The notes under the pieces were generated by a model that was not told the origin of the DNA, made no database searches, and saw only the letters and a list, made by a program, of their open reading frames with translations. A DNA stretch of 64,000 nucleotides, from contig CAXGSM010000004.1 of NCBI GenBank assembly GCA_964012435.1, forward strand, positions 453 to 64,452, read 5' to 3'. The translations under genes and the position numbers were made by a program. Shown here piece after piece: positions 46,375 to 55,647 of this stretch; position 1 is the stretch's first letter, and the number at the start of each line of letters is the position of its first letter. Source of the stretch: an uncultured bacterium. Lineage in GTDB: Bacteria; UBP7; UBA6624.

Positions 46375-47510
46375 TGGATTTTAAAGAATATCAAGGAAAA
46401 AAAGTTTTATCTGAAAGGTTTGAAAATGTAGCCTTGGGGCTTGTGACTTCAAATGTGCGTGATGCTGTTGGCTATTCTTCTGAAGTTGGTTTTCCAGTAG
46501 TTATAAAGGCGCAAGTGCTTATAGGTGGTAGAGGTAAAGCTGGTGGTGTAAAGCTGGCTTTCAACCAGGAAGAGGTTAAAAGTATTGCTGATGATATATT
46601 AGGAATGGATATAAAAGGTCATAAGGTCGAAGAGATCCTTGTTGCAAAAGCTGTCGACATAAAAGAGGAATGGTACATGAGCATTACTTTTGATAGAGCA
46701 AATCGCTCTATGACACTTATTTTTTCTGTCGAAGGTGGTGTTGATATAGAGCAGGTTGCTCATGAATCGCCAGAAAAGGTTCTTAAAATGCCAATCAATT
46801 CATTGGAAGGTTTGGAGATTTCTGACTTGAAAAAAAGATTACTTGAAGCAGGTTTGAACAAGAGCCATGTTGATGAGCTTGTAAAAATAATAATCTCTTC
46901 ATATGCCATGGTTGTAGACAAAGACCTGACTCTTTTAGAAGTCAACCCTCTTGTCTTAACTGATGATGAAGAAATTGTTATTCTTGATTGCAAAATGAGT
47001 GTTGATGATACTGCTGAATTTAGACAATCAGCATTGTTTGAAATGAATTCAGAGGATGGTGATGCCAGGGAGAAGATGGCAAAAAAGCAAGGCTTTTCTT
47101 ATGTTCATCTAGAAGGAGACGTAGGTATTATTGGAAATGGAGCAGGTTTGGTTATGGCAACTATGGATGCTGTTAAAAATGCAGGCGGAGAACCAGCTAA
47201 TTTTTTAGATATAGGTGGAGGTGCAAAAGCGGAAGTTGTAAATAACGCTTTGAAGCTTGTTGAAGGAAACCCAAAAGTCAAATCAATATTTATTAATGTT
47301 TTCGGTGGCATTACGAGAGGAGATGAGGTTGCTAGAGGTATAGCTGACGTTGTAAACGAATCTGCTCCTAGGGTTCCAATAGTGATAAGACTAACTGGGA
47401 CAAGAGCAGAAGAAGGTTTGGAGATTTTAAAAAATGAAACGGATTTAAGCGTTACGGATGTTATGGATGAAGCTGCAGAGCTTGCCGTTAAGTTAGGTGA
47501 TGAGTCATGA
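46374..47510 (+). CDS. sucC: Succinyl-CoA synthetase beta subunit
   Basis: EYQGK, VIKAQVLIGGRGKAGGVK, GIIGNGAGLVMATMD and INVFGGITR. Confidence 0.94.
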   Translation: MDFKEYQGKKVLSERFENVALGLVTSNVRDAVGYSSEVGFPVVIKAQVLIGGRGKAGGVKLAFNQEEVKSIADDILGMDIKGHKVEEILVAKAVDIKEEWYMSITFDRANRSMTLIFSVEGGVDIEQVAHESPEKVLKMPINSLEGLEISDLKKRLLEAGLNKSHVDELVKIIISSYAMVVDKDLTLLEVNPLVLTDDEEIVILDCKMSVDDTAEFRQSALFEMNSEDGDAREKMAKKQGFSYVHLEGDVGIIGNGAGLVMATMDAVKNAGGEPANFLDIGGGAKAEVVNNALKLVEGNPKVKSIFINVFGGITRGDEVARGIADVVNESAPRVPIVIRLTGTRAEEGLEILKNETDLSVTDVMDEAAELAVKLGDES

Positions 47511-48382
47511 GTATTTGGTTAAACGATAAAACAAAAGTTATAGTTCAGGGAATGACTGGAAGAGAAGGGACTTTCCATACTGGAAATATGATCAAGTATG
47601 GAACTAATGTTGTTGCTGGTGTTACTCCTGGAAAAGGAGGAGAATCACATTTAGGCCTACCAATTTTTGATAACTGTTCCGAGGCGGTTAAGGGCACTGG
47701 TGCTACCGCTTCTGTTATCTTTGTGCCGGCAAGATTTTGTCTAGCCGCTGTTCAGGATGCTGTTGTCTCAGGTGTTAAGTTTTTGGTTGTTATCACTGAA
47801 GGTATACCTTTGCATGATGAAATAAAAATCGGAGCATTGGTCAGAAAGGAGGGGGTTATCATGGTTGGACCAAATTGTCCCGGTATCTTTTCTGTAGGGC
47901 AAGCTTCAATGGGGATTATGCCTTCTAGTATTTTTAAAAGAGGTAACATTGGACTTGTTTCAAGGTCTGGAACATTAACTTATGAGCTTGTTGACCTGAT
48001 AAGCAGAGCAGGCTTAGGGATCTCAACAGCTGTTGGAATAGGTGGAGACAGGGTGATAGGAGCTAGGTTTATTGAAACCTTAAAAGCTTTTAATGATGAT
48101 GAAAATACACTTGCTGTTGCTATGGTGGGGGAGATAGGAGGTTCAGACGAGGAAGAAGCTGCTGAAATAATCCCTTCGCTATCTAGAATTTCAAAAAATA
48201 TAGTAGGTTTTATAGGCGGAAGAACAGCTCCTCCAGGAAAAGCTATGGGTCATGCAGGAGCCATTGTGGAAGGCAACAAGGGAACACCACAAAGCAAAGT
48301 AGAAGCCTTAGAGTCGGTTGGGGTTCCTGTGCCTGAAAAGCTATCTGAAATACCAGATATTTTAAAAGGCTTTATTTCTTAG
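47507..48382 (+). CDS. sucD: Succinyl-CoA synthetase alpha subunit
   Basis: VIVQGMTGREGTFH, GPNCPGI, SRSGTLTYE, and GHAGAIV with the phosphohistidine. Confidence 0.95.
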   Translation: MSIWLNDKTKVIVQGMTGREGTFHTGNMIKYGTNVVAGVTPGKGGESHLGLPIFDNCSEAVKGTGATASVIFVPARFCLAAVQDAVVSGVKFLVVITEGIPLHDEIKIGALVRKEGVIMVGPNCPGIFSVGQASMGIMPSSIFKRGNIGLVSRSGTLTYELVDLISRAGLGISTAVGIGGDRVIGARFIETLKAFNDDENTLAVAMVGEIGGSDEEEAAEIIPSLSRISKNIVGFIGGRTAPPGKAMGHAGAIVEGNKGTPQSKVEALESVGVPVPEKLSEIPDILKGFIS

Positions 48383-49334
48383 ACAGGGTATTTTTAAGCT
48401 TAAAGAATCGTGTTATTTCTTTTTCTTTAAGTATTGCAATATAAAGAATTATTGTTGCGGGAAGTGATGCTTCTATTCCTATAGATCCCCCTGTTATCAA
48501 ATCATTGCCTTCTTTGTATATTGCGCCAAATTCTCTTCCTATATCTGTTCCAGATACAGATATGCCAAGTATCGGCCCCTGAATAAAGTTCCATGAAAAA
48601 TGCCACCACCATGCATACCAAAGATTGCCTGTTTTAATGATTAGTTTTGCCATAATCCAGCCTGCTAAAAAAACATTTACTCTAAATAGCCACTGAAGAA
48701 TGTCTGCTTCACCTGTGAGTACAGCTTGATCCCAATGAACATAAGAGAAGACAAAAGAAGAGAGTGTTAAGGGTATCCAGGCTGGACAGGTATATGTTAG
48801 TGTTCGGAAAATATAACCTCGAAAAAGAATCTCTTCAAAAAGTGCTGCGATAACCAGAATTCCAAACATTTCACCAAGAAGGCTGGGATTCAATCTACCA
48901 GATATGTTTGTGAAGGGGTCAATTGAGCCTGTTAGAAGCGAAGGAAGAAGGCAGGCAATGAATATTGCTGCACCATAATTAAAACCCTCAAGACCTTCCT
49001 GTAGCCTTTTTTTTGTAACACTTAAGCCCAAGGTTCCTTTTTTGTCAAAGAAGGTAAAGAAAAATTCTGATATGAATATCAAAATAAGCATTGCAAGTAT
49101 TGGTCCTACTGATGCAGATCCTGGTATGTATCCCTGCACAACATCTAAACCACTTACAACTACAAAAGATCCAAGGATTAGTGCAATCAGATAAAGTATT
49201 ATTCTCAGATTTGTTCTTAAGATTCCTGATTCACACCTAAGGAGGGTTCCACCATGTTTTTTGCTGGTGTAGGCATTAAAGCAAAATGAACTTAACAAGT
49301 AAAGAATAAAAAATACTACAAGAACCACACTCAT
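48372..49334 (-). CDS. CPBP-family intramembrane glutamic endopeptidase (CAAX protease/Abi-like)
   Basis: Polytopic. Motifs FEEILFRGY, FSYVHW and HFSWNF. ATGA-coupled downstream of korB. Confidence 0.8.
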   Translation of the reverse strand: MSVVLVVFFILYLLSSFCFNAYTSKKHGGTLLRCESGILRTNLRIILYLIALILGSFVVVSGLDVVQGYIPGSASVGPILAMLILIFISEFFFTFFDKKGTLGLSVTKKRLQEGLEGFNYGAAIFIACLLPSLLTGSIDPFTNISGRLNPSLLGEMFGILVIAALFEEILFRGYIFRTLTYTCPAWIPLTLSSFVFSYVHWDQAVLTGEADILQWLFRVNVFLAGWIMAKLIIKTGNLWYAWWWHFSWNFIQGPILGISVSGTDIGREFGAIYKEGNDLITGGSIGIEASLPATIILYIAILKEKEITRFFKLKNTLSKK

Positions 49335-50353
49335 TTGTAAGAGTTCATTATCTCTGTAAGGGTTTCTTCTGTAGGCCTTGTTGTTTCTTCTTCTAGAGAT
49401 GCTAGTGGAGTTTCACAGAGTCTCATTTCTTGATAGATGTTCTTTTTGGAGTTATCAAGATAAAGAAGGCCCGTTAGATGTTCACCTTTAGCCATTGAGT
49501 CATTGATTGCGCCAATAGCTGCATTTCTGTTGTGGACATCGTAATCTTCTTTCGTTCCTGTTAGTCTTATTGTTGATCCATCATGCATTTCAACATCTGT
49601 TGATTCGCCTTGAGGTATGTCAATCTCATCAATCGGTGTAAAGCTAGGAATGTAATCTAAAGTTTGAAGCTCTATATCGTGATCTTTAACATAGTTGTAG
49701 CTTCTGGTGCTTCCTTCGTGATTGTTGAAGGTTACGCAAGGTGATATTACATCTATTACTGCTGTCCCTTGGTAGCTTAGTGCTGCCTGTATCAATGGGG
49801 TGAGTTGCTTTGGTGCACCTGAAAAACTTTTTCCAACAAAACCACACCCTAATTGAATTGCTAAACTGGTCAGGTCAATCGGTGGAATTTCGTTTGGAAC
49901 TCCTTTTTTAGACTTTGATCCTTCATCTGCTGTTGCTGAAAATTGACCTTTTGTCAAACCGTATACACCATTGTTTTCAACAATATAAACCATAGGTGCA
50001 TTCCTTCTTACACAATGTACAAATTGACCTATCCCTATACTAGCTGTATCACCATCACCAGAGACGCCCAAAACGGTAAGTTTTCTATTTGCTAAAGCCG
50101 CACCGGTAGAGACTGAAGGCATCCTTCCATGAACTGTATTGAAGCCGTGTGACTTGGATAGAAAATATGCAGGAGTCTTAGAGCTACAGCCTATTCCAGA
50201 CATTTTTGCTACCATATGTGGTTTTATTCCATTATTAAAACATGCCTTGATGATCTTGTCAGTTATTGAATCATGCCCACATCCAGCACATAAGGTTGAT
50301 TTTCCACCTTTATACTCTTGTATTGGTAATCCAAGTATGTTTTCTTTACTCAT
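49331..50353 (-). CDS. korB: 2-oxoglutarate/2-oxoacid:ferredoxin oxidoreductase beta subunit
   Basis: CAGCGHDSI, and TPP-binding GDGDTASIG..NNGVYGLTKGQ. Confidence 0.9.
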   Translation of the reverse strand: MSKENILGLPIQEYKGGKSTLCAGCGHDSITDKIIKACFNNGIKPHMVAKMSGIGCSSKTPAYFLSKSHGFNTVHGRMPSVSTGAALANRKLTVLGVSGDGDTASIGIGQFVHCVRRNAPMVYIVENNGVYGLTKGQFSATADEGSKSKKGVPNEIPPIDLTSLAIQLGCGFVGKSFSGAPKQLTPLIQAALSYQGTAVIDVISPCVTFNNHEGSTRSYNYVKDHDIELQTLDYIPSFTPIDEIDIPQGESTDVEMHDGSTIRLTGTKEDYDVHNRNAAIGAINDSMAKGEHLTGLLYLDNSKKNIYQEMRLCETPLASLEEETTRPTEETLTEIMNSYK

Positions 50354-52152
50354 GCTTTTTTATTTATTTTAATTTGTGTATTTTCAATTATGTTAGCTGA
50401 TATTTTTGATGCTGCCATTGGCATTCCATCTGAATAAGCACATGATTTAATTTTTTTAATATTTAATGAGTCCAATTCTTCTTTTATCAAGTTGAACATT
50501 TGAGCATCTCTGTTTTGTTCTATTATGAAAATTTCTTCATGTGAATCTATAAACTCATTAACTTTTGGAGACAAGGGTAGGGCCCTGATTCTAAGGTAGT
50601 CAATTTCTACTTTTTGTTCTTGCAGGATATCTATTGTTTCCTCAATAGCTGTATGAACGGTACCGTAGGATATCACACCTATTTTTGACTTGCTTGATGA
50701 GTGTTCTATTTTTGGTTGAGGCATTTTTACCCTAAGGCCTTCATGTTTTTTTGCTAGCCTTTTCATGTTGCGTTCATAAACTTCAGGATCTTCTGAATAT
50801 GTTGCATCTTCATCATGCCCGCTACCTCTTGTGAAATAAGAGGAGTCTGGATGTGGGTTTCCTGGAAGTGTTCGATAAGGTATGCCATCTCCATCAACGT
50901 CTCTGTACCTGCCCCAAGATTCAACTTTATTTAAATCTTCTTCTTTTAGTATTTTGCCTCTATCAAAAGGCTTATCAGGATATTCGAAATCATCACTAAT
51001 CCAAGGGTTCATGCCTAAGTCTAGATCAGAAAGCACAAAGGTTGGAGTCTGAAACCTTTCTGCAATATCAAAAGATTTCCACCCAAACTCAAAACATTCC
51101 TTTGGGGTTGCCGGGATAAAAACAGGATGTGTTGAATCTCCGTGTCCAAGTTTATAGCAAAAATTTATATCCGACTGTTGTGTTCTTGTTGGAAGCCCCG
51201 TTGAAGGGCCTACTCTTTGTATGTTCCAAAAAACACCTGGAACCTCTGCGTAATAGCCTAAACCAATAAATTCTGTCATCAGTGATATTCCTGCTCCACT
51301 TGTTGTAGTCATTGATCTAGATCCAGCCCAGCCTGCACCAAACACCATTCCTGCTGCTGCTAATTCATCTTCTGCTTGGACAACTGCATATGTTTTTGAA
51401 CCATCAACATATTCTCTATGCTGTTTCAGGTATCCAATTAAGCTTTCTGCTAAAGAGCTTGAAGGTGTAATAGGGTACCATGCAAGAAAGGTAACGCCTC
51501 CAAAAAGAGACCCTAAAGCTCCAGCTTGGTTCCCATCAACTATCATTTTATCCTTGGTTAAATCTCTTCTTTCAACCCTCCAAGGTTGATTTTTTTTGTG
51601 ATTTTCTTTTATGTAATTTCTACCTTCATCAATCGCTGTTAGGTTCAGCTCGATAGCTTTTTGTTTGTTGTTGAATTGATGTTTTAGAGCTTCAACAATT
51701 GCTTCTTGCTCTATCCCTATAATTTCAGACAGAGCTCCAACATAAACTGTATTTGTTATAAGTTTAGCGAGTTTAGAGTTGACACCTCTGGCTATTTTTG
51801 AACAAGGAACATCATAGAGAATTAAATCATCTCTTTCTACTGGCATACGGGTATCACTGTTGTATATAACCACTGAACCTTTCTTTAATTTGCTTAAATC
51901 TTTTTCCCAGGTGTCTGGATTCATAAGAATTGCTATATTGGTGTCATCAGCTGGAGCAGGGTAACCTTCTTCGGTAACCCTTATTAAAAACCAAGTTGGC
52001 AGGCCAGCTATATTCGATGGGAATAAATTTTTTCCTGAAACTGGTAACCCCATTTTAAACAAAGCTCTATGGATTATTAGGTTTGCACTTTGTGATCCTG
52101 AACCATTGGCAGTCCCTACGGAAATCATTAAATTGTTAATTATTGTTTTCAC
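50350..52152 (-). CDS. korA: 2-oxoglutarate/2-oxoacid:ferredoxin oxidoreductase alpha subunit (gamma-alpha fused)
   Basis: 600 aa. N-terminal POR-gamma-like GTANGSGSQSAN, then the alpha core YPITPSS and GAGISLM. GTG start 52152 is uncertain; the internal ATG 52128 is possible. Confidence 0.88.
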   Translation of the reverse strand: MKTIINNLMISVGTANGSGSQSANLIIHRALFKMGLPVSGKNLFPSNIAGLPTWFLIRVTEEGYPAPADDTNIAILMNPDTWEKDLSKLKKGSVVIYNSDTRMPVERDDLILYDVPCSKIARGVNSKLAKLITNTVYVGALSEIIGIEQEAIVEALKHQFNNKQKAIELNLTAIDEGRNYIKENHKKNQPWRVERRDLTKDKMIVDGNQAGALGSLFGGVTFLAWYPITPSSSLAESLIGYLKQHREYVDGSKTYAVVQAEDELAAAGMVFGAGWAGSRSMTTTSGAGISLMTEFIGLGYYAEVPGVFWNIQRVGPSTGLPTRTQQSDINFCYKLGHGDSTHPVFIPATPKECFEFGWKSFDIAERFQTPTFVLSDLDLGMNPWISDDFEYPDKPFDRGKILKEEDLNKVESWGRYRDVDGDGIPYRTLPGNPHPDSSYFTRGSGHDEDATYSEDPEVYERNMKRLAKKHEGLRVKMPQPKIEHSSSKSKIGVISYGTVHTAIEETIDILQEQKVEIDYLRIRALPLSPKVNEFIDSHEEIFIIEQNRDAQMFNLIKEELDSLNIKKIKSCAYSDGMPMAASKISANIIENTQIKINKKA

Positions 52153-52172
52153 TACAAAAGTGCGATTCTATA

Positions 52173-52192
52173 TTACGTTCCATAGAACGTAA
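52173..52192. promoter_or_regulatory. Perfect palindrome TTACGTTC-CATA-GAACGTAA in divergent korA / Lon-like promoter region
   Basis: 8-bp arms at 52173-52180 and 52185-52192 are exact reverse complements. The site lies in the 68-nt gap between starts 52152 (-) and 52221 (+). Confidence 0.4.
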
Positions 52193-52220
52193 CGATAGTG
52201 TTAGGATAAATGTGTAATTT

Positions 52221-54710
52221 ATGAAAAACAAATTTTCTGGAAGTAAAAAAGATTGCTTGCTTTCTAGCTCCCAATGCGACTTTGGCTTTGAAGCCAAGGA
52301 TATAAATAAAATCAAACCGATAGGTGATCGAATAATAGGGCAAGAAAGAGCAGTTGAGTCTATTCAGTTTGGCTTGAGGATGAAAAAGCCAGGCTATAAC
52401 ATTTTTGTCTCAGGGATATCTGGATCTGGTAGGAATTCAACAGTTCAAAAATATGTAGACCATTTGTCTTCAAGAGCGACAGTGCCAAATGATTGGTGCT
52501 ATGTGCATAATTTCTCACAACCAGATGAACCTTTGGCGCTAAGCTTAAGTCCGGGAAGGGGCAGGAAGTTCTCTGAAGACTTGGAAAATTTAATGAATAG
52601 GTTAAAGGATGAAATTCCAAATGCCTTTGAAGGTGGTGAATACAAGGAAGAGTTAGACAAGCTACGCAAAAAAGGCTCTGAGATGAAGAAAGGAATAATC
52701 AAGGAGATGGAGGAGATTACATCTTCTCATAACTTTTTGCTCAAGAAGACAAGCATGGGGATAATCACTATTCCAATTTGGGAAGGAGAGCCGATAGATG
52801 AAAGAAAGTTTAGGGCACTTCCTGAAGAAGTTAAGGAGCAAATGCAAGAAACCCAAGACAAGCTTCAAGAAGAGCTCAACGATCATTTAGAGCAGATTCA
52901 AAAGATAGATGATGAAATACAGAAAGAAGTGAATGATCTCGACAGAAGGCTTCTTCTTTTTTCTGTTGGAAGACATATGAGAAGACTTCAGGAAGATTAC
53001 AGAGATATGAAAAATGTTTCAGATTGGCTCATTGAGCTTCAAGAAGATGTGTTGAAAAATGCAGATTCTTTCAGAAAGAAAAATGAACCTCAAGGACAGG
53101 TTCCGGTTTTGGCTATGCCAATGCCTTCCGGCCCTAATCTTAGGAAATACAGTGTTAATCTGATTGTCGACATGTCAAAAGAAGAAGGCTCACCTGTTGT
53201 TCTTGAAAAAAATGCAACTTTTGCAAATCTTGTTGGAAAGATGGAAAGAAGGGTTGAGATGGGAATGATGACAACTGACTTCACGATGATTAAGGCAGGA
53301 GCTTTGCATCGAGCGAATGGGGGTTACATTGTTTTAGAGGCAATTGATGTTTTAAAGCATCCAATCGCTTGGGACGGTCTCAAAAGAGCATTAACTGATG
53401 GCCAGGTGTTGATAGAGGATATTGCGGACCATGCTGGATACGCAACCACAACAACAATGAAACCAAAACCAATTCCAGTTGACCTAAAGGTTGTCATGAT
53501 TGGCAGCCCTTGGGTCTATCACCTTTTAGCTTCTCACGATGAGGACTTTAAAGAGCTTTTTAAGGTTCGAGCAGATTTTGATAGCAGTTATGGTTCAGAC
53601 AGTGAATCCTTTGAGGATTATTGCTCTTTTGTTAAAGAGAGAGTCAATGAGGAGGATTTGCTCAATTTTGACCTTTCTGCAATTCAGAGCTTGTATAGGC
53701 ACGGGGTTAGATTGGCAGGAGACAGAAGTAAGGTTTCGACAAAGTTCAGTGTGATAACAGACTTAATGAGAGAATCTAGCCAAGTGGCGTCAGACAAAAA
53801 CCAAAATCTAGTCAGCTCTTTAGATGTTGAAGAGACTCTTGAGGCTAGAAAAAGAAGGAATAGCTTGATTCCGGACCGTATGCAAGAAATGCTAGAAAGG
53901 GAGCACATCCTTGTTGAGACAAGTGATTGCAAAATTGGCTCGATAAACGGCTTGGCAGTTTTTACCATTTCTGATGAATCTTTTGGAAAGCCCAGCAGGA
54001 TAACAGTTAACACATTTCAAGGCAAAGGTGGAATTGTCAACATAGAGCGTCAAGCTGACCTTTCCGGAAGCATACACAATAAAGGCGTGATGATCCTTTC
54101 AGGTTGGCTACATGAAAAATTTGGAAAATACAATTCTTTATCTGTTTCAGCTTCAATTGCATTTGAGCAGTCTTACGGAATGGTTGATGGGGATTCAGCC
54201 TCGTCAACAGAGCTTTACGCTATTCTTTCCAGCATTTCTGAAATTCCAATAAATCAAGGCATTGCCGTAACTGGCTCAGTTAATCAAAAAGGTGAAATCC
54301 AGCCAATTGGTGGCGTTAACGAAAAGGTGGAAGGTTTTTACGATCTTTGCAAGGTAAGAGGCTTAACTGGAGAACAAGGAGTCATGATTCCTCATCAGAA
54401 TGTAGAGAATTTAATTCTTTCAAAAGAGGTTGTTGAATCTATAGAAAAAGGTGAGTTCAATGTATGGGCAGTCAAAACAATTGAGGAAGGCATTGAAATA
54501 CTTACGGGTAAAAAAGCTGGTAAATGGAATGATGTAAAAAAAACATGGTCAAAAGGGTCCATTTTTGCTGAAGTTGAGAAAAGGTTGCAAGATTACAGAG
54601 AGTCTCCAAGACTTGAGCTTGAAGCCTGGAATGAAAAGGTAGAAAAAAAGAAAAAGAAAAAGAGCCCAAAGAAAAGCAAAGCAAAAAAACCTTCAGCAAA
54701 GAAAAAATGA
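52221..54710 (+). CDS. Lon-like protease of the LonC/AAA_32 type (degenerate Walker A, coiled-coil insertion, Lon S-K protease domain)
   Basis: IGQERAVESIQFGL..GYNIFVSGISGSGRNS has no Walker A Lys-Ser/Thr. A long E/K-rich helical insert spans about aa 110-290. The protease domain has MVDGDSASSTELYAILS (Ser) and GGVNEKVEGF (Lys). The tail is polylysine (KKKKKKSPKKSKAKKPSAKKK). Confidence 0.8.
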   Translation: MKNKFSGSKKDCLLSSSQCDFGFEAKDINKIKPIGDRIIGQERAVESIQFGLRMKKPGYNIFVSGISGSGRNSTVQKYVDHLSSRATVPNDWCYVHNFSQPDEPLALSLSPGRGRKFSEDLENLMNRLKDEIPNAFEGGEYKEELDKLRKKGSEMKKGIIKEMEEITSSHNFLLKKTSMGIITIPIWEGEPIDERKFRALPEEVKEQMQETQDKLQEELNDHLEQIQKIDDEIQKEVNDLDRRLLLFSVGRHMRRLQEDYRDMKNVSDWLIELQEDVLKNADSFRKKNEPQGQVPVLAMPMPSGPNLRKYSVNLIVDMSKEEGSPVVLEKNATFANLVGKMERRVEMGMMTTDFTMIKAGALHRANGGYIVLEAIDVLKHPIAWDGLKRALTDGQVLIEDIADHAGYATTTTMKPKPIPVDLKVVMIGSPWVYHLLASHDEDFKELFKVRADFDSSYGSDSESFEDYCSFVKERVNEEDLLNFDLSAIQSLYRHGVRLAGDRSKVSTKFSVITDLMRESSQVASDKNQNLVSSLDVEETLEARKRRNSLIPDRMQEMLEREHILVETSDCKIGSINGLAVFTISDESFGKPSRITVNTFQGKGGIVNIERQADLSGSIHNKGVMILSGWLHEKFGKYNSLSVSASIAFEQSYGMVDGDSASSTELYAILSSISEIPINQGIAVTGSVNQKGEIQPIGGVNEKVEGFYDLCKVRGLTGEQGVMIPHQNVENLILSKEVVESIEKGEFNVWAVKTIEEGIEILTGKKAGKWNDVKKTWSKGSIFAEVEKRLQDYRESPRLELEAWNEKVEKKKKKKSPKKSKAKKPSAKKK

Positions 54711-55228
54711 TAAAAAAGATTTTATTTTTACTTCTTGTATTTTTTTCCCCAACAGTTAACAGCAATAAAGACCTTTCTGAAGAGCTGTCTTATTTTCAAT
54801 CATTAATAGGAAAAACATATGAAGGCGAATTTGCTGCTACTCCTCAGGGAAGCTCTATGGTAGATGTGCAATACTGGGAACGGATTTTGAATGGAAACGG
54901 AATACGAATCACTCATTCAATTAATGATGGAGAGTATGGTGGAGAAATAGTGATTATGTGGGATAGGGAAAAAGAGGTCTTGACCGGTTGGTATTTTACG
55001 ACTGCTGGTTTTTATACACAGCAGAAATATCATATCGAGGATGATGCTCTCGTAAGTTATGAGGATGTTGTTGGCAATGAGAATGGGATTACAGCTGTTA
55101 GATCTAGTACGAAAATTATTGATAATGGATTCCATAGAAAAACCGAATACTTCCTTGAAGAGGAATGGGTTTATGGGCACGAGCTTTTTTACGAAGAGGT
55201 TCTTGACAAAGAGGTGATTTTTAAATGA
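54707..55228 (+). CDS. Hypothetical secreted protein
   Basis: 173 aa. Signal peptide MIKKILFLLLVFFSPTVNS. Beta-rich with no recognised motif. ATGA-coupled to the Lon-like gene. Confidence 0.6.
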   Translation: MIKKILFLLLVFFSPTVNSNKDLSEELSYFQSLIGKTYEGEFAATPQGSSMVDVQYWERILNGNGIRITHSINDGEYGGEIVIMWDREKEVLTGWYFTTAGFYTQQKYHIEDDALVSYEDVVGNENGITAVRSSTKIIDNGFHRKTEYFLEEEWVYGHELFYEEVLDKEVIFK

Positions 55229-55615
55229 CTAGTCGTGTATTAGCACTTCTTTAAAATCATCACTTATGACTGTTTTCAGGCCTATAGACTGGGAAACTAG
55301 GCTGATAATCTCATAAACTTTCATATCAACAACAAGTGTAAATCTTTCATTCAGGCTACCTAAAGTTTCTTCAGAAATATCTAAATTAATCTCAAAGCTT
55401 GAATTTGCTTTTATTTCCTCTAATAGCTCAAGGATAGTTCCATCATGGTTAATTGACACATGGTCATCTATGTTCCATAAATCATTCAGCCCTTCTTTGT
55501 TTTCTTGAATTTCTAAAGTTTTATCTTCAGTTGTGCTTGTTTTGTTGAAAACGTCTAAATTTACAAGAGTTATGCCTATTAAAAGAACACTTATTAAAAT
55601 TATCCATTTTTTCAT
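55229..55615 (-). CDS. Hypothetical signal-anchored small protein
   Basis: 128 aa. MKKWIILISVLLIGITLV anchor and an acidic body. Its stop codon abuts the stop of the convergent gene with zero spacer. Confidence 0.55.
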   Translation of the reverse strand: MKKWIILISVLLIGITLVNLDVFNKTSTTEDKTLEIQENKEGLNDLWNIDDHVSINHDGTILELLEEIKANSSFEINLDISEETLGSLNERFTLVVDMKVYEIISLVSQSIGLKTVISDDFKEVLIHD

Positions 55616-55647
55616 CGCAACTTAATCCTATAATCTAAATTTAGGTT

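Noticed and set aside
54640-54710. A-rich runs (A7 tracts) at the end of the Lon-like gene as a phase-variation or slippage site
   Set aside because: They simply encode the polylysine tail. A frameshift there would affect only the last few residues and the coupled start of the next gene. I have no evidence of variability.
55635-55644. 10-bp palindrome CTAAATTTAG just upstream of the 55648 start
   Set aside because: It is short, almost pure A/T and sits in an AT-rich spacer, so it is plausibly chance. It may simply be part of the ribosome-binding region.
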